Source of the DNA: Heterodontus francisci
Taxonomy: Eukaryota
Length of the DNA: 64,000 nucleotides
Reading direction: 5' to 3'
Assembly: GCF_036365525.1 (NCBI RefSeq)
Contig: NC_090399.1
Coordinates: forward strand, 20,036,529 to 20,100,528
Below are positions 22,508 through 37,507 of this stretch, one piece after another. How positions within the stretch are numbered: the stretch's first letter is position 1; each line of letters opens with the position of its first letter. The position numbers and the translations under genes are program-made. The notes beneath the pieces are model-generated. The model was given only the letters and a program-made list of their open reading frames with translations, was not told the DNA's origin and ran no database searches.

Positions 22508-25500
22508 TTGTTGAATAAAGTAAGTGAAATCAAACTTCAATTAATTGCCTGGCATTTTCTTTGCAACTTTGCACAATGTCTTTTAAAGTTCTAAGGGCAA
22601 CACATCCCACAGTTTGGAAGAGTCCACTTGATTTATAGATTCCAATAAGAATTTGAACAAGTTGAGGAGGCAGAGTCATCCCCTTCAGAATCTCTGGTTA
22701 CGTTTGTTTATCCGGTTATTAATGTCCACGCACTTTGAATGCCGAATTGGAGGATGATGTGACATAGCAGAGCGCCTTGACAGGTTCAAATAATAAAGAT
22801 CTTTCAACACACTGACATCCGAATTTGGAGCAGGAGTGGGCCAATCGTTCCTTCAAGCCTTCTCCGCCATTTGATAAGATCATGGCAGATCTGGTTATGG
22901 CCTCAAATTTCCTGTCTACCTGATGTAACGCTGACTCCCTTATCAATCAGGATTCTATCTAAAACAGCACCTCAAGAGTCAGATCACCATGAAATACAAT
23001 GGGATATTGTGTTTGATGGCAGGTGTTATGGAATATATATATCGAGATTTAGTGGTGAATCTCTCCCAGACTTTTGTGAGACCAAACCCGCAGTATTTTG
23101 TGCTCTTTTGGACTCAACACTGTTGGCCAATTTGGATGTAATAGTGAGGACACAGCGTAGTAAACTCACTAGCAAGATGTCGGACATGAATAAATCCAAA
23201 TATGAAAAATGAGTTCGTTCTCAATCAGAAGAGAAGAGATTTCAGGCTGAATTAATAGAGATGGTTGCAGTAATGAAAGCCTGGAGCAGAATAGATAGAT
23301 GCAACGATTGATGGGTCTATCAGCAGTGAACATAGATCTTGAGAGTAAATGAAAGAGATTTAGGACAGAGAATAGAAGAAACTTTGTGACACCTAGAATT
23401 GTGAAGCTGTGACTTGGATTTTTGGAGTTATTGATTGAAGCAGAGACTGTGACAACTTTAACGGGTTTGATATGATGTTTAAAGACCAATGAATAAAGTA
23501 ATATTGGAGCAGTGCGACCAGATATGATTAAAACTATTGCTTATGTAGATGACAAATACAGACATGGGTTGATCTGCCCCAACGACCTGCTTTCGTGTTG
23601 CAATTTCTATGAAATTCATTTTTTCGTGTGGTAATTGATTTGCTTTCTTCTGCTGGCAAGACTTCATGTCTGGCCAATTCCTTGCAGCCCTGAGGATGTG
23701 ATGGCCAGCCTTCAATTTTACCTGCTGCTCTCCTTCTGATGGTGCAGCAGCGATGATGCCAGGAAGGGAATCCCAGGATACAGATACAGCGACCATGAAC
23801 AAATTGTGACATATGTCTAAGCTAGAATGGTATGTGACTTACAAATGATGATGTTCCAATGACATTTTGTCCTTGTGCTTCTCGGTGGGAGAGGTTACAG
23901 GTGAGGAAGGTCCTGTCGAATTAAACTTGATGGCTTGCTGCAGTGCATCCGATAAACTGTATTTTCAGGAACCATCGTGTGTCAGCTGCAGAGGGAAGGA
24001 CACTGAGCTCAGGGACATGGGCACTGATGAAGGGAACTGCTCTGTCCCGTATGAGATCGAGCTTCTTGAGTTATATAGTTCCTGCACCCATCCTGTCGAT
24101 TGGTCTATATTCCCTCACACACCTGACTTGTGGCCTTTACTTGATGTTGAGGATTTGGAACGGGATCGGGGTGAAGGGAGAGGTGCGAGCGGATGTGTGC
24201 CACTCGGAGACGCCATGGTACTGATAGTTAGTTTGTAAAACAATATCAAATTGATGCAGTATGTATTGCTCTTCTGAGATTTCAACTGAAGAAATGGGTT
24301 GCAGCAAAGTAGAGGAAGTTTCTTCAGTCTCCATTTAAGCTGTGCTCCAGCTGACCTCAGCGTGTCTCCACGCAAAACTGTGAAAATTCTTGGCAATGCT
24401 TACAAGCTCAATCAGGCTGATCATGTAAGACATTCTATTCTCTCATTAATAGTGAATCTTTTACAAAGGCAATGAATAAAACGGATCTGGTGGCTACCTC
24501 AACACGGTGCAGGGTTGGCACCCCAACGTTCTCCCGACGTCGGGTTCCCGACCCCCAGAAGGAAAATCCTTTTCACCAAAAGGAGGCACGGTTGACTTGG
24601 CAACAAGTCCACTGTCACACTGAGGCCCTGTCACTAACTGAAAAACGACAGGTGGGAAACCTTCCAGCGCTCTCGACAAGTCTTTTCTTTTCCCCTTGCA
24701 GAACCTGCGTTTCCAGTTTTTTTTTTTAACTTTCTGTCGTTTGGAAATCCCACAGACGATGGTCTAATCTTCATTCTCAATATGGATGGGATAACCAGCG
24801 GGATTCCTGCAGAAATAATTTCCCTATCCCTCTCCACGTTATGGCAGGAGATGGGGAGAACCCACCCACAACCACATCCTCTCCCACCCATTGGAAATTC
24901 CATCCCTCAAAAATATTTCTTCTTTCAGAATATTTCGGAGCTGTGTCATATTGTTCTTGTATTTGACAGAGAGTTGGACCTTGTGATTGAGAAACTGCAG
25001 GTATGTTTCAGGCCGTTGACCCAATATAAATGGCCTCCTTCATTTTGCAGCACATCTCATGACCTTGGGTTTGTACTTGCTTTTGGCTTGACCAACTGTT
25101 CTCGTTTCGCCCTCGTTCCTGCTCTCGAGCAGTGGCTTTTACTGAATTTTCTTTTCTTCACATAACTCAGATATGACATGATCACCCATTTTGCAGCATT
25201 ATCCAAATTTAAAATTGCACCACCACCACCGCACAACTCCCCTCATCCCTCGCTCAGTTCCAACCCTAGAAGAAACCATTCTGTCCTTTTTCAGCGTGGT
25301 AGCATTCTTGCCTCCTCGTCAGAACGTCACCAGAGACTTAAACGCACAATCTCGGCTGCCGCTCCAGTGAGGGAGTGCTGCACTGTCGTAGGTGCTATCT
25401 TGTGGATGAGACATTAAACCAAGGCCCTGCCTGCCCTCTCAGGTGGACGGAAAAGACGCTGTGTCACTATTTTAAGGACTTCACCCCTTCCTCGGCTCTT

Positions 25501-27579
25501 CGGCTGCTGAAACCCTCATCCAGGACTTTGTTACCTCTAGACTTGACAATACCAATGTTCTTACGACCAGTCTTCCACATTCTTCCCTCATAAATTTGAG
25601 GGCATCCTAAACCTTGCTCCCCACGTCTGAACACACACCAAGTCCTGTTCACCAACACCCCTGTGTTTGCTGACTCATTTTGGCTATCAGTTTAGTAATA
25701 AATTGATTTTAAAATTCCCATCCTTGTTTTCAAATGCCACCATGGTCTCACCCCTCCCTATCTCTGTAATCTCCTACAGCCCCACAACCCTCTGGGATAT
25801 CTACACTGCCCGACCTGAACCCGATGGGAACTGACATGTGTCTGGTCACTCTTCTGGGCCCGTTTTTCGGGCTTATGTCGGGTCTGAGTCAGACACACAC
25901 AGTATTAATTGGACTTGAAAGGTTGTTTAAAAGGATTAAGATTGGAGCCATGAAGTCAGTGATTGTTTGCTCACAAGGTAAACAGAAACCCATGGAGTTG
26001 TGCCCATTCAGGTTGTGCCACACTGCACCAGTATCCGCATTGCTTAAAATAAAGACCTCAATTGCCCGAAGGCTCAGAAAATATCATTATACATTAACTA
26101 GACTCCTGCTTTACAGGTCGAAATACTTGCTGTAAGTTTATCCAGTGAGCAGCTGAGATCCGAGACCAGGAAGGTCCTGAGTGATTAATTATTATTCCAG
26201 TACTGTACTGTATGTGTGGTAGAATGGAGTCCTGACAGTGATCATTTTATATTTTTTTATATAAATACTGTATATTTTATAATAATTAATCTCTCAGGAC
26301 CTTCCTGGTCTCTGCATCTCAGCTGCTCACTGGATAAACTTGCAGCAAGTATTTCAACTGAAAAAGTGAAAAACAGATTCGGAGTTGGAAGGTAGGTAAA
26401 GTGAACATTCCGTTGGTCGGGTTGGGTCGGACTCGGGTCGGGTTGGGCATGGGAAAAAATGGAAGGACTCAGACCAGGTTGGGCTCGGGTATGATGTGGT
26501 TCTGTTGTTTTTTTTTTTCAGACCCGAGCAGGCCTTTCATCTACGCTTCTCTGATTCTGGCCTCGTGAGCTCCAACATTGGTGGCTGTGACTTCAGGTGC
26601 CTAGCCCCAAGCTCTGGAATTCCCTCACTCAACCTCTCCACTTCTCTCTCCTCCTTAAAGAAATTCATTAAAAACCTACCACTCTGACCAAGCCTTTGGT
26701 CATCAGCTATAATATCATCTTTTGTCACTTGGTCAAAGTTTGCTTATAATGCTCTTGTGAAGTGCCTTGTGATGTTATATTACATTAAAGGTGCAATATA
26801 AATGCAAGTTGTTTTTGTTGTTGTTGAAGAAGACTGGGGGTGTTCTCCCCAACTTCACTAAAACAGATGATCTAGTCAATTATCTCATTGCTGTTTGTGG
26901 GAGTTTGCTGCTGTGTGTAAACTGGATGCTGCATTGTCTACATTTCAAGAGTGACTGCATTTCAAAAAGGAGTCGAATTGGCTGTGATGCACTTTTGGAT
27001 GTCCTGGGGTGGTGAAAGGTGATTTATAAATGGAAATCTTTCAGGTCTTGCTTTACTGAAGACCAGCGTGGTCTGAAATGCTCAGGAAGATGACTGTGCA
27101 TACAACCGAACAATTCAAAGGTCAGGTGCATCAGAAGGGAAAAACTCAGGTAGCACAGACACAGAGAGATATATGAAGCAGGAAAGCAAATTTCAATCAA
27201 AACAAGGGAAAGTGTATTAGCACAATTCCAAATAGAAATAATCAGAATAAGTATAGACAATCAAAACTGTTAGGAATCAATTCACAGAAGTCATCCAAAT
27301 ACTTGGTTCAATTACAAGCATCACACAGGCACACTCACACACACTCACACAGAGAGTAACACACACAGGTTGGAGTGTGTCACACAGAGTAACACACGGG
27401 GCGGAGTGAGTCTCTCACACACACAGAGTAACACATAGGCTGGAGTGTGTCAAACACACAGAGTAACACAAAGGCTGGAGTGTGTCACACAACATGACAC
27501 GCAGGTTGGAATTTTCAAACACACTAAGCAACATACAGGCAGGGTCAGGAACACAAACAGAGTAACACATAGGCTGGGG

Positions 27580-30500
27580 TCAGTCTTTAAACATTAATCT
27601 TTATTGCATAATAACTATATACACTCCACACTAGCATGTGTGTCTCCTTCAAAAGCCTTGCTGTAACTGTTCTTGAGTCTCTCCCACATGATTTCTTAAC
27701 TCATCCTGGTGGGCAGTAATCTTTACGTTCTCTCAAGATTAACACTTTGATACCCTTATACTACATTTTCCCCACCTTTTTAGCCTAAGATATATTTTGA
27801 CATTCATTTTTTCATTTACACGCTATCCGATCTCCTCCCAAGTCTCTGACTTCATAGATTCAACCTATCAGGAGGCTTCACAACTCTCCCTAATCTTGTT
27901 GGTCCTCAGATGTGAAAGATTGATAATCTTTCTCTGATCCCTTGTTTCTTGACTTGGACGGTCTTCGTTGAGTTTTGTAGCATTTGGCACTTTTTGATTT
28001 TTCGGTTCATCATCTGAGTCGTCTAACTGTGTAACTAACGTCTTTGATGTAAAGGAATAAGATTCCTTCTATTTCTCCATATAGGATCTTCTTGAGTCCA
28101 TAGTAGAGAAGATCACTGTTGATTCTCATCTTTCTGGAGAATTACCCTGTCTCTCTTTTGGTTTCGTACCCATACCTTTTGCCCTTCTGACAACTTTGGT
28201 AGGTTTCAGGTGCGGAACCTTCTGTTATGATAATGGGTCTGCTTGTTTCAATATGACTTTTCGATGTCCAGTATTTTCTGATAATCCTTGCCTTGCAATC
28301 CTGGAAGTAACTTCTTGCATAGAATTGGAAATTGCTTTTGAAGTTTTCATTAAGAGTTGTGATGGCGCTAATCTGCACAATAATGGAATAGTTCTGTATG
28401 TCAGTCGTGCTAATTGGAAATCTCTTTTTTTACCATCAACATAATTTTAATGGTTCTGACTGCTCGCACAGCTTCTCCATTTGTTTGTGGATACTTAGGA
28501 GAGCTTATTAGGTGAACAAATCCACATTATTCTGCAAAGTGCGTGAAGTAATCGTTTGCAAATTACAGTCCATTATCAGATAATATGTGATCAGGTATAC
28601 CAGGTGTTGTGAAACTTCTTGTAAAACTCTGATGACTGCTTCAGTTGTTGTTGTGTTGTCCATCTTAACTTCGATATATCCTGAGAAGTAATCAACTATA
28701 ATTAGCTAGTCTCTTCCTTCAAAGAAGCACAAATCCACGGTCTAGTTGAGAATTGGGTCGAAATTAGAGGTTCTCTTTGATCTTGTCTTCCCCAGCTTCT
28801 TCCCCAGCTTCTTCCCCAGTTCTCTGTCCGTGTAGCACTCCTGTGAAACTCACTGCATTTCTGTTTCTCTCTCTGCTAATCTTTGAGCAGCACGGCGGGC
28901 TGTAAAATATTGCATTGTGTGGGCTCTGTAGCGAAATCTGGACTCTCTGCAAAACTCAGGTCAGGTAAGGTGCTCTCCCTCTGTCCTTGCTCCTGGATTA
29001 TTCTCGTTTATCTACTTCAACTTTCTCAATAATATGAAGTTCTTCTACTTAAGACTGCGAACTCCTGATTTCTTAGAACATACAGTGTTTCTAATATTTA
29101 CTTTCCATTATATTGAAGCGTTGCTTGTAACTTCCCCTTTACTTCAAGTACAAGACCTCCTGGGCCATGCAACTGAGTTTCTGTTGCTTGCTCCGGTGTC
29201 AAGTTTGAAATGTGTCTGCTGACCAAAATGCTCGTTTCGGATCATTGATCTCACCCAGAAAATATTTCGATTGGTCTGCTACAGGAGCTTCTTTAACTTC
29301 ATTTATCTCTCTATTCTTAACTACTTTTCCTTTAGAGGTTGATGTGGTCACTATTTTATTTCAGCATAATCTTACTGAGATGCCCTATTTTTCTGTAATA
29401 AAGGCATTCTGCTCTATTGGCGGGACACTGTCCATGCCTGTGGGACGTTTTTGCACCACAATGTTTAAGGACATCTTTTGCTCTGCCCCCTAGTGTACCT
29501 GTTTTCCTGGTACCTCTTGTTCAGCCGTCTGGTGAAGGAACTGAACTGTTACAGGAGGATTCCTGTACCGGGGTCTTTCCTCACCTCGTATGATTGGTCT
29601 GTTATTGCTGCACTAATTGAAGTCGGAAACAAAAGCTTTCACAACGTGTTCAAATTTTGTTGATTTTATCAATACGCTGCTATTATATCATCAGCCACAG
29701 CACCAATTAAATAAAATTATCTATTCTTTTGCTCTGCTTCAGACCTGCTGTCCAATTTCAATACAATTCTATATCTGAGAAATATTTTCCTCTATAGTAT
29801 CCAGTTTTGAGTCTGATTGGATCCCTTGTGACTTTTGAAACTCTCTGGAACTCCCAATTTTTGATCCATTTTTAAAAATTTCTAGACTTTTTAGCGTGTT
29901 CCCCTTTAAGAAACTCTTTTTCTCACACTAGCTTGCTTTGATGGAGTGTAGCAGGTGCTTGAGAGAGTTCCTGATGTTTTAAATAGGCTTTCTAGGGGTT
30001 TTCACTTTGCTTCAGCAGCTCACTTATATCTTTATTTATTCAGAGATACAGCACTGAAACAGGCCCTTTGGCCCACCGAGTCTGTGCCAATCAACAACCA
30101 CCCATTGATACTAACCCTACACTGCCACCATGTTTTCTACCACATCCCCACCATTCTCCTACCACCTACCTACACTGGGGGCAATTTACAATGGCCAATT
30201 TACCTATCAACCTGCAAGTCTTTTGGAGGTGGGAGGAAACTGGAACACCCGGCGGAAACCCATGCAGACACAGGGAGAACTTGCAAACTCTGCACAGGCA
30301 GTACTCAGTCGAACCCGGGTCACTGGAGCTGTGAGGCTGCAGTGCTAACCACTGCGCCACTGACAGCTGACACAGCTGTCTATTGGAATTAACAGAGCTG
30401 TTCCGTGGACAGTTTCAGGGTTTTCCCCTTTTCTTTTTAAGACCACAAGATACTTCAAGCTTGACTGCTTTCATGATTTTTGCATGCTTGGCTGCATTAA

Positions 30501-31163
30501 TGGAGATTCTGCTGTATTCGGGGTTTCCCTGTCCTTTTTTTCTCTTCAGTATCTGACTTTTCCCGAACAATTTATTCAGTTCGTGCACTTTTCAGGGTTC
30601 TCTCCACTCTCCACCCTTACATTCAGCCTGCGTGAGGGATGGGTTGACCCCATTGCTTTTTTCTTTCAATCTCACACTGAGCCTTTGGAAAAAATAATTT
30701 TTAAAACTCTTCAAAGGCTTTTTTTAAACCGGGATTTCTCAGTCGTCAGCACAATGATTCACCCAATTGCCTGTTTGCAGCCATGCTTCCATTCCATGGA
30801 GCTTCTCTCAGCCTTCAAAGATCTGTTGTTTCTTTTTATCTTTTCAGATACTTATTTTAAATTCTCTCTTCTGGCTGAAGGATGCTAGTTACTTCAAACT
30901 TTTTCTTCTGGGTGTAGAATCCCTCCACTGTTCTCCATATTATATGTTTGGTTCTTCATGCTGCCACCATCAGAGAGGTTCTTAGACTGTAGTGTTTAAA
31001 CATTAATCTTTATTGCATTGTAACTATATAAACTTCACACTAGCCTGTGTGTCTCCTTCAATAACAACGCTGCAACTGTTCCCAGGTCTCTCCCACATAA
31101 TCTCTTACATCATCATGATGGGCAGTAATCTTTATGTTGTCTCAAGATTAACCCTTTGATACA
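27580..31163 (-). mobile_element. Same Gypsy remnant, unit 2
   Basis: Paralogous LTRs and internal region. Confidence 0.85.
30031..30360 (-). mobile_element. V-SINE (HE1-like), unit 2 copy
   Basis: Paralog of 13236-13572. Confidence 0.82.
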
Positions 31164-31174
31164 TTGAGATGAGT

Positions 31175-32620
31175 AGGTACACAGGCTGAAGTGTGTCACA
31201 TACACACAGAGTAACACACAGGCTGCAGTGTGTCACATTCACACTGAGTAACACACAGGCTGGAGGTATCAAATACACACAGAGTAACACACAGGATGCA
31301 GTGTGTCATGTACACAGAGTAACACACAGGCTGCAGTGTGTCACACACAGAGAGTAACACACAGGCTGCAGTGTGTCACATACACACAGAGTAACACACA
31401 GGCTGCAGTGTGTCACATTCACACTGAGTAACACACAGGCTGGAGGTATCAAATACACACAGAGTAACACACAGGATGCAGTGTGTCATGTACACAGAGT
31501 AACACACAGGCTGCAGTGTGTCACACACAGAGAGTAACACACAGGCTGCAGTGTGTCACATTCACACAGAGTAACACACAGGCTGCAGTGTGTCACGTGC
31601 ACAGAGTAACACACAGGCTGCAGTGTGTCACATTCACACAGATTAACACACAGCTGGAGGTATCACATTCACACTGAGTAACACACTGGCTGCTGTGTTT
31701 CACATACACACAGAGAGGAACACACGGGCTGCAGTGTGTCACATTCACAGAGAGTAAAACACGGGCTGCAGTGTGTCACATTCACACAGAGTAACACACT
31801 GGCTGCAGTGTGTCACATACACAGAGTAACACACAGGCTTCAGTGTGTCACTCACACAGAGTAACACACACGCTGCATTGTGTCACAGCACAGAGTAACA
31901 CACAGGCTGCAGTGTATCACATACACACAGAGTAACACACAGGCTGGAATGAGTCACAAATGCAAAGTAACACCACAGGCTGGAGTCAGTCTCTCTCTCT
32001 CACACACACAGAGTAGCACACAGGCTTCAGTGTGTCACTCACACAGAGTAACACACAGGCTGCATTGTGTCACAGCACAGAGTAACACACAGGCTGCAGT
32101 GTATCACATACACACAGAGTAACACACAGGCTGGAGTGTGTCACATACACAAAGTAACACACAGGCTGCAGTGTGTCACACAGAGTAACACGCAGGTTGG
32201 AATGAGTCACAAATGCAAAGTAACATACAGGCTGGAGTCAGTCTCTCTCTCACACACAGAGTAACACACAGGCTGGAGTTTGTCACATACACAGAGTAAC
32301 ACACAGGCTAGGGTGTGTCACATACACAGAGTAGCACACAGGTTGGAGTATGTCACATACACAGAGTAACACACAGGCTGGAGTTTGTCACTTACACAGA
32401 GTAGCACACAGGCTGGAGTATGTCACATGCACCGAGTAACACACAGGCTGGAGTATGTCACATACACGCAGAGTAACACAAGTTGGAATGAGTCACAAAT
32501 GCAAAGTAACACACAGGCTGGAGTCAGTCTCACACACACACACACAGAGTAACACACTGGCTGGAGTGTTTCACACACACACACAGAGTAACACACATGC
32601 TAGAGTGGGTCACACACACA
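31175..32620 (+). repeat. Minisatellite block 2, unit 2 (expanded)
   Basis: Same repeat unit; exact 180-bp duplication at 31201-31560. Confidence 0.92.
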
Positions 32621-33181
32621 GGGAATGTATCCATCTTGCGGATTTTCTGACGGTAGAATTGGATTTGGGCGGCACTTCCGCTCCCTCGCTTTTTGCCTGT
32701 TGCCACCCGATTACAAGTGGAAATCAAAGTTTCAGCAGCGGGCATGGGAGATACATGCGATCATGTGGTGCGGAATACTTTTCATGGTGGAGCCTGCTGT
32801 CATTCAGGGAAGCATTATGCATGGCATTGGTATAAATAATCCTTCAGTGCAATCAGGGAGGTTCATCAACGAGGCCAGTCTTTTTCAGAGACTTCTCGGC
32901 TTTTCCCCTTAAATCTTACCCACCCTCACCCATCTTTACACCTGTCGCAAACAAAGGCTATGGACCCTGGCAACATTACGGCAATAGCACTGAGGACCTG
33001 TGCTCCAGAACTTGCCGCGCCCCCAGACAAGCAGATTTGAGATGGTGCGGGAGGGGCGGGGCGGCGGGTGCGGACGGGGGGCGGAATAGTAACTGCAGTG
33101 AGACTGGGACACCAGCAGATGGAGATGCTGAGCCATTGCTGATGGGAAGGTTTGGTGCAACTGAGAGTTTGAAAGCTTCCA

Positions 33182-33388
33182 AACACAGAGTAACACGCTG
33201 GCTGGAGTGTGTCACAGGCACAGAGTAACACACTGGCTGGAGTGTGTCACATACACAGAGTAACACGCTGGCGGGAGTGTGTCACAGGCACAGAGGAACA
33301 CACTGGTTGGAGTGTGTCACACACACACAGAATAACACACTGGCTGGAGTGTGTACACACACAGAGTAACACACAGGCTGGAGTGTAT

Positions 33389-33419
<31 letters not shown>

Positions 33420-33472
33420 ATACACTGGCTGGAGTGTGTACACACACTGAGTAACACACAGGCTGGAGTGTA

Positions 33473-33512
<40 letters not shown>

Positions 33513-33592
33513 ATACACTGGCTGGAGTGTGTCACACACACACACAGAATAACACACTGGCTGGAGTGTGTACACACACAGAGTAACACACA
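33182..33592 (+). repeat. Minisatellite block 3, unit 2
   Basis: Same repeat unit with (CA)n expansions. Confidence 0.9.
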
Positions 33593-33670
33593 GAATTAGA
33601 ATTAGAACATTACAGCGCAGTACAGGCCCTTTGGCCCTCGATGTTGCACCGACCTTTGAAACCATCTGAC

Positions 33671-36572
33671 CTACACTATTCCATTTTCATCCATATGTCT
33701 ATCCAATGACCACTTAAATGCCCTTAAAGTTGGCGAGTCTACTACTGTTGCAGGCAGGGCGTTCCACGCCCCTACTATTCTCTGAGGAAAGAAACTACCT
33801 CTGACATCTGTCCTATATCTATCACCCCTCAACTTAAAGCTCTGTTCCCTCGTGTTTGCCATCACCAACCGAGGAAAAAGACTCTCACTATCTTCCCTAT
33901 CTAACCCTCTGATTATCTTATATGTCTCTATTAAGTCACCTCTCCTCCTCCTTCTCTCCAATGAAAACAACCCCAAGTCCCTCAGCCTTTCCTCGTAAGA
34001 CCTTCCCTCCATCCCAGGCAACATCCTAGTAAATCTCCTCTGCACCCTTTCCATAGCTTCCACATCCTTCCTATAATGCAGTGACCAGAACTGCACGCAA
34101 TACTCCAGGTGCGGCCTCACCAGAGTTTTGTACAGCTGCAGCATGACATCGTGGCTCCGAAACTCGATCCCCCTACTAATAAAAGCTAACACACCATATG
34201 CCTTCTTAACAGCCCTATTAACCTGGGTAGCAACCTTCAGGGATTTATGCAACTGGACACCAAGATCTCTCTGTTCATCTACACTACCAAGAATCTTCAC
34301 ATTAGCCCAGTACTCTGCATTCCTGTTACTCCTTCCAAAGTAAATCACCACGCACTTTTCCGCATTAAACTCCATTTGCCATCTCTCAGCCCAGCTCTGC
34401 AGCCTATCTATGTCCCTCTGTACCCTACAACATCCTTCGGCACTATCCACAACTCCACCGACCTTAGTGTCATCCGCAAATTTACTAACCCACCCTTCTA
34501 CACCCTCTTCCAGGTCATTTATAAAAATGACAAACAGCAGTGGCCCCAAAACAGATCCTTGCGGTACACCACTAGTAACTAAACTCCAGGATGAACATTT
34601 GCCATCAACCACCACCCTCTGTCTTCTTTCAACTAGCCAATTTCTGATCCAAAGCTCTAAATCACCTTCAACCCCATACTTCTGTATTTTCTCAAATAGC
34701 CTACCATGGGGAACCTTATCAAACGCCTTACTGAAATCCATATACACCACATCCACTGCTTTACCCTCATCCACCTGCTTGGTCACCTTCTCGAAAAACT
34801 CAATAAGGTTTGTGAGGCACGACCTACCCGTCACAAAACCGTGCTGACTGTCGCTAATGAACTTATTCTTTTCAAGATGATTATACATCCTGTCTCTTAT
34901 AACCTTTTCCAACATTTTACCCACAACCGAAATAAGGCTCACAGGTCTATAATTACCAGGGCTGTCTCTACTCCCCTTCTTGAACAAGGGGACAACATTT
35001 GCTATCCTCCAGTCTTCCGGCATGATTCCTGTCGACAATGACGACATAAAGATCAAGGACAAAGGCTCTGCAATCTCCTCCCTAGCTTCCCAGAGAATCC
35101 TAGGATAAATCCCATCTGGCCCAGGGGACTTATCTATTTTCAAACTTTCCAAAATTGATAACACCTTCTCCTTGTGAACCTCAATCCCATCTAGCCTATT
35201 AGCCTGAATCTCAGTATTCTCCTCGACAACATTTTCTTTCTCTACTGTAAATACTGACGCAAAATATTCATTTAACACTTCCCCTATCTCCCCTGATTCC
35301 ACACACAACTTCCCACTACTATCCTTGATTGGCCCTAATCTAACTCTAGTCATTCTTTTATTCCTGATATACCTATAGAAAGCCTTAGCGTTTTCCCTGA
35401 TCCTATCCGCCAATGACTTCTCGTGTCCTCTCCTTGCTCTTCTTAGCTCTCCCTTTAGATCCTTCCTGGCTAGCTTATAACTCTCAAGCGCCCTAACTGA
35501 GCCTTCACGTCTCATCCTAACATAAGCCTTCTTCTTCCTCTTGACAAGCGCTTCAACTTCTTCAGTAAACCACGGCTCCCTCGCTCGACAACTTCCTCCC
35601 TGCCTCACAGGTACATATTTATCAAGGACACGCAGTAGCTGCTCTTTGAATAAGCTCCACATTTCGATTGTTCCCATCCCCTGCAGTTTCCTTCCCCATC
35701 CTACGCATCCTAAATCTTGCCTAATCGCATCATGATTTCCTTTCCCCCAGCTATAATTTTTGCCCTGCGGAATATACCTATCCCTGCCCATCGCTAAGGT
35801 AAACCTAACCGAATTGTGATCACTATCACCAAAGTGCTCACCAACATCTAAATCTAACACCTGGCCGGGTTCATTACCCAGTACCAAATCCAATGTGGCA
35901 TCGCCCCTGGTTGGCCTGTCTACATACTGTGTCAGAAAACCCTCCTGCACACACTGGACAAAAACTGACCCATCTAAAGTACTCGAACTATAGTATTTCC
36001 AGTCGATCTTTGGAAAGTTAAAGTCCCCCATAACAACTACCCTGTTTCTCTCGCCCCTGTCGAGAATCATCTTCGCTAACCTTTCCTCTACATCTCTGGA
36101 AGTATTTGGAGGTCTATAAAAGACTCCCAACAGGGTGACCTCACCTCTCCTGTTTCTAACCTCGGCCCATACTACCTCAGTAGACGAGTCCTCAAACGTC
36201 CTTTCTGTCGCTGTAATACTCTCCTTGATTAACAATGCCACACCCCCGCCCCCCTCCCCCTCTTTTACCATCTTCTCTGTTCTTACTGAAACATCTAAAT
36301 CCCGGAACCTGCAACATCCATTCCTGCCCCTGCTTTACCCATGTCTCCGAAATGGCCACTACATCGAGATCCCAGGTACCAACCCATGCTGCAAGCTCAC
36401 CCACCTTATTCCGGATGCTCCTGGCGTTGAAGTAGACACACTTTAAACCAGGTTCTTGCTTGCCAGTGTCCTCTTGCGTCCTTGTAACCTTATCCCTGAC
36501 CTCACTACTCTCAACATCCTGTACACTGGAACTACAATTTAGGTTCCCATCCCCCTGCTGAATTAGTTTAAA
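33671..36572 (-). pseudogene. CR1-A ORF2 (EN/RT), frameshifted in the G-run at ~36245-36270
   Basis: ORFs 33671-36271 and 36192-36584 are two frames of one ORF2. Confidence 0.88.
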
Positions 36573-37507
36573 CCCCCCCCCCACCCCCGAAGAGCACTAG
36601 CAAATCTCCCCCCCCCAGGATATTGGTACCCCTCTGGTTCAGGTGAAGACCATCCTGTTTGTAGAGGTCCCACCTATCCCAGAAAGAGCCCCAGTTATCC
36701 AGGAAATCAAACCCCTCAATCCTGCACCATCCCTGCAGCCACGTGTTCAACTCCTCTCTCTCCCGATTCCTCACTTCACTATCACGTGGCACGGGCAACA
36801 ACCCAGAGATAACAACTCTGTTTGTTCTCGCTCTAAGCTTCCACCCTAGCACCCTGAATTTCTGTCTTAAATCCCCATCTCTCTTCCTACCTATGTCGTT
36901 GGTGCCTATGTGGACCACGACTTGGGGCTGCTCCCCCTCCCCCTTAAGGATCCCAAAAACACGATCCGAGACATCACGAACCCTGGCACCTGGGAGGCAA
37001 CATACCAACCGTGAGTCTCTCTCGTTCCCACAGAACCTCCTATCTGTTCCCCTAACTATGGAGTCCCCAATGACTAATGCTCTGCTCCTCTTCCCCTTTC
37101 CCTTCTGAGCAACAGGGACAGACTCTGTGCCAGATACCTGTACCCCATTGCTTACCCCTGGTACGTCGTCCCCCGAAACAGTATCCAAAACGGTATACCT
37201 GTTGTTGAGGGAAACGGCCACAGGGGATCCCTGCACTGCCTGCTGGTTCCCTCTCCTTCCCCTGACGGTAACCCATCTACCTACTTCTTTTACCTGAGGT
37301 GTGACTACCTCCCCATAACTCCTCACAATAACCCCCTCCGCCTCCCGAATGATCCGAAGTTCATCCAGCTCCAGCTCCAGTTCCCTAACGCGGTTCTCGA
37401 GGAGCTGGAGTTGGGTGCACTTCCCGCAGATGCAGTCAGCAGGGACACTCTTGGCGACCCTTACCTCCCACATTCTGCAGGAGGAACATACAACTGCCAC
37501 AACCGAC
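36563..37507 (-). pseudogene. CR1-A ORF1 (zinc finger/esterase), ATG lost, homopolymer frameshift at ~36610
   Basis: CSSC..CGKC, IGDS, HIGTND, DGLH; C9 run versus C7 in the unit 3 copy. Confidence 0.85.

Larger units (their letters stand above)
33592..37507 (-). mobile_element. 5'-truncated CR1 LINE (CR1-A), unit 2 copy
   Basis: (TTCTAA)n tail; ORF2 EN/RT; ORF1 zinc finger/esterase cut at its start codon; absent from unit 1 (empty site ~15857). Confidence 0.95.
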
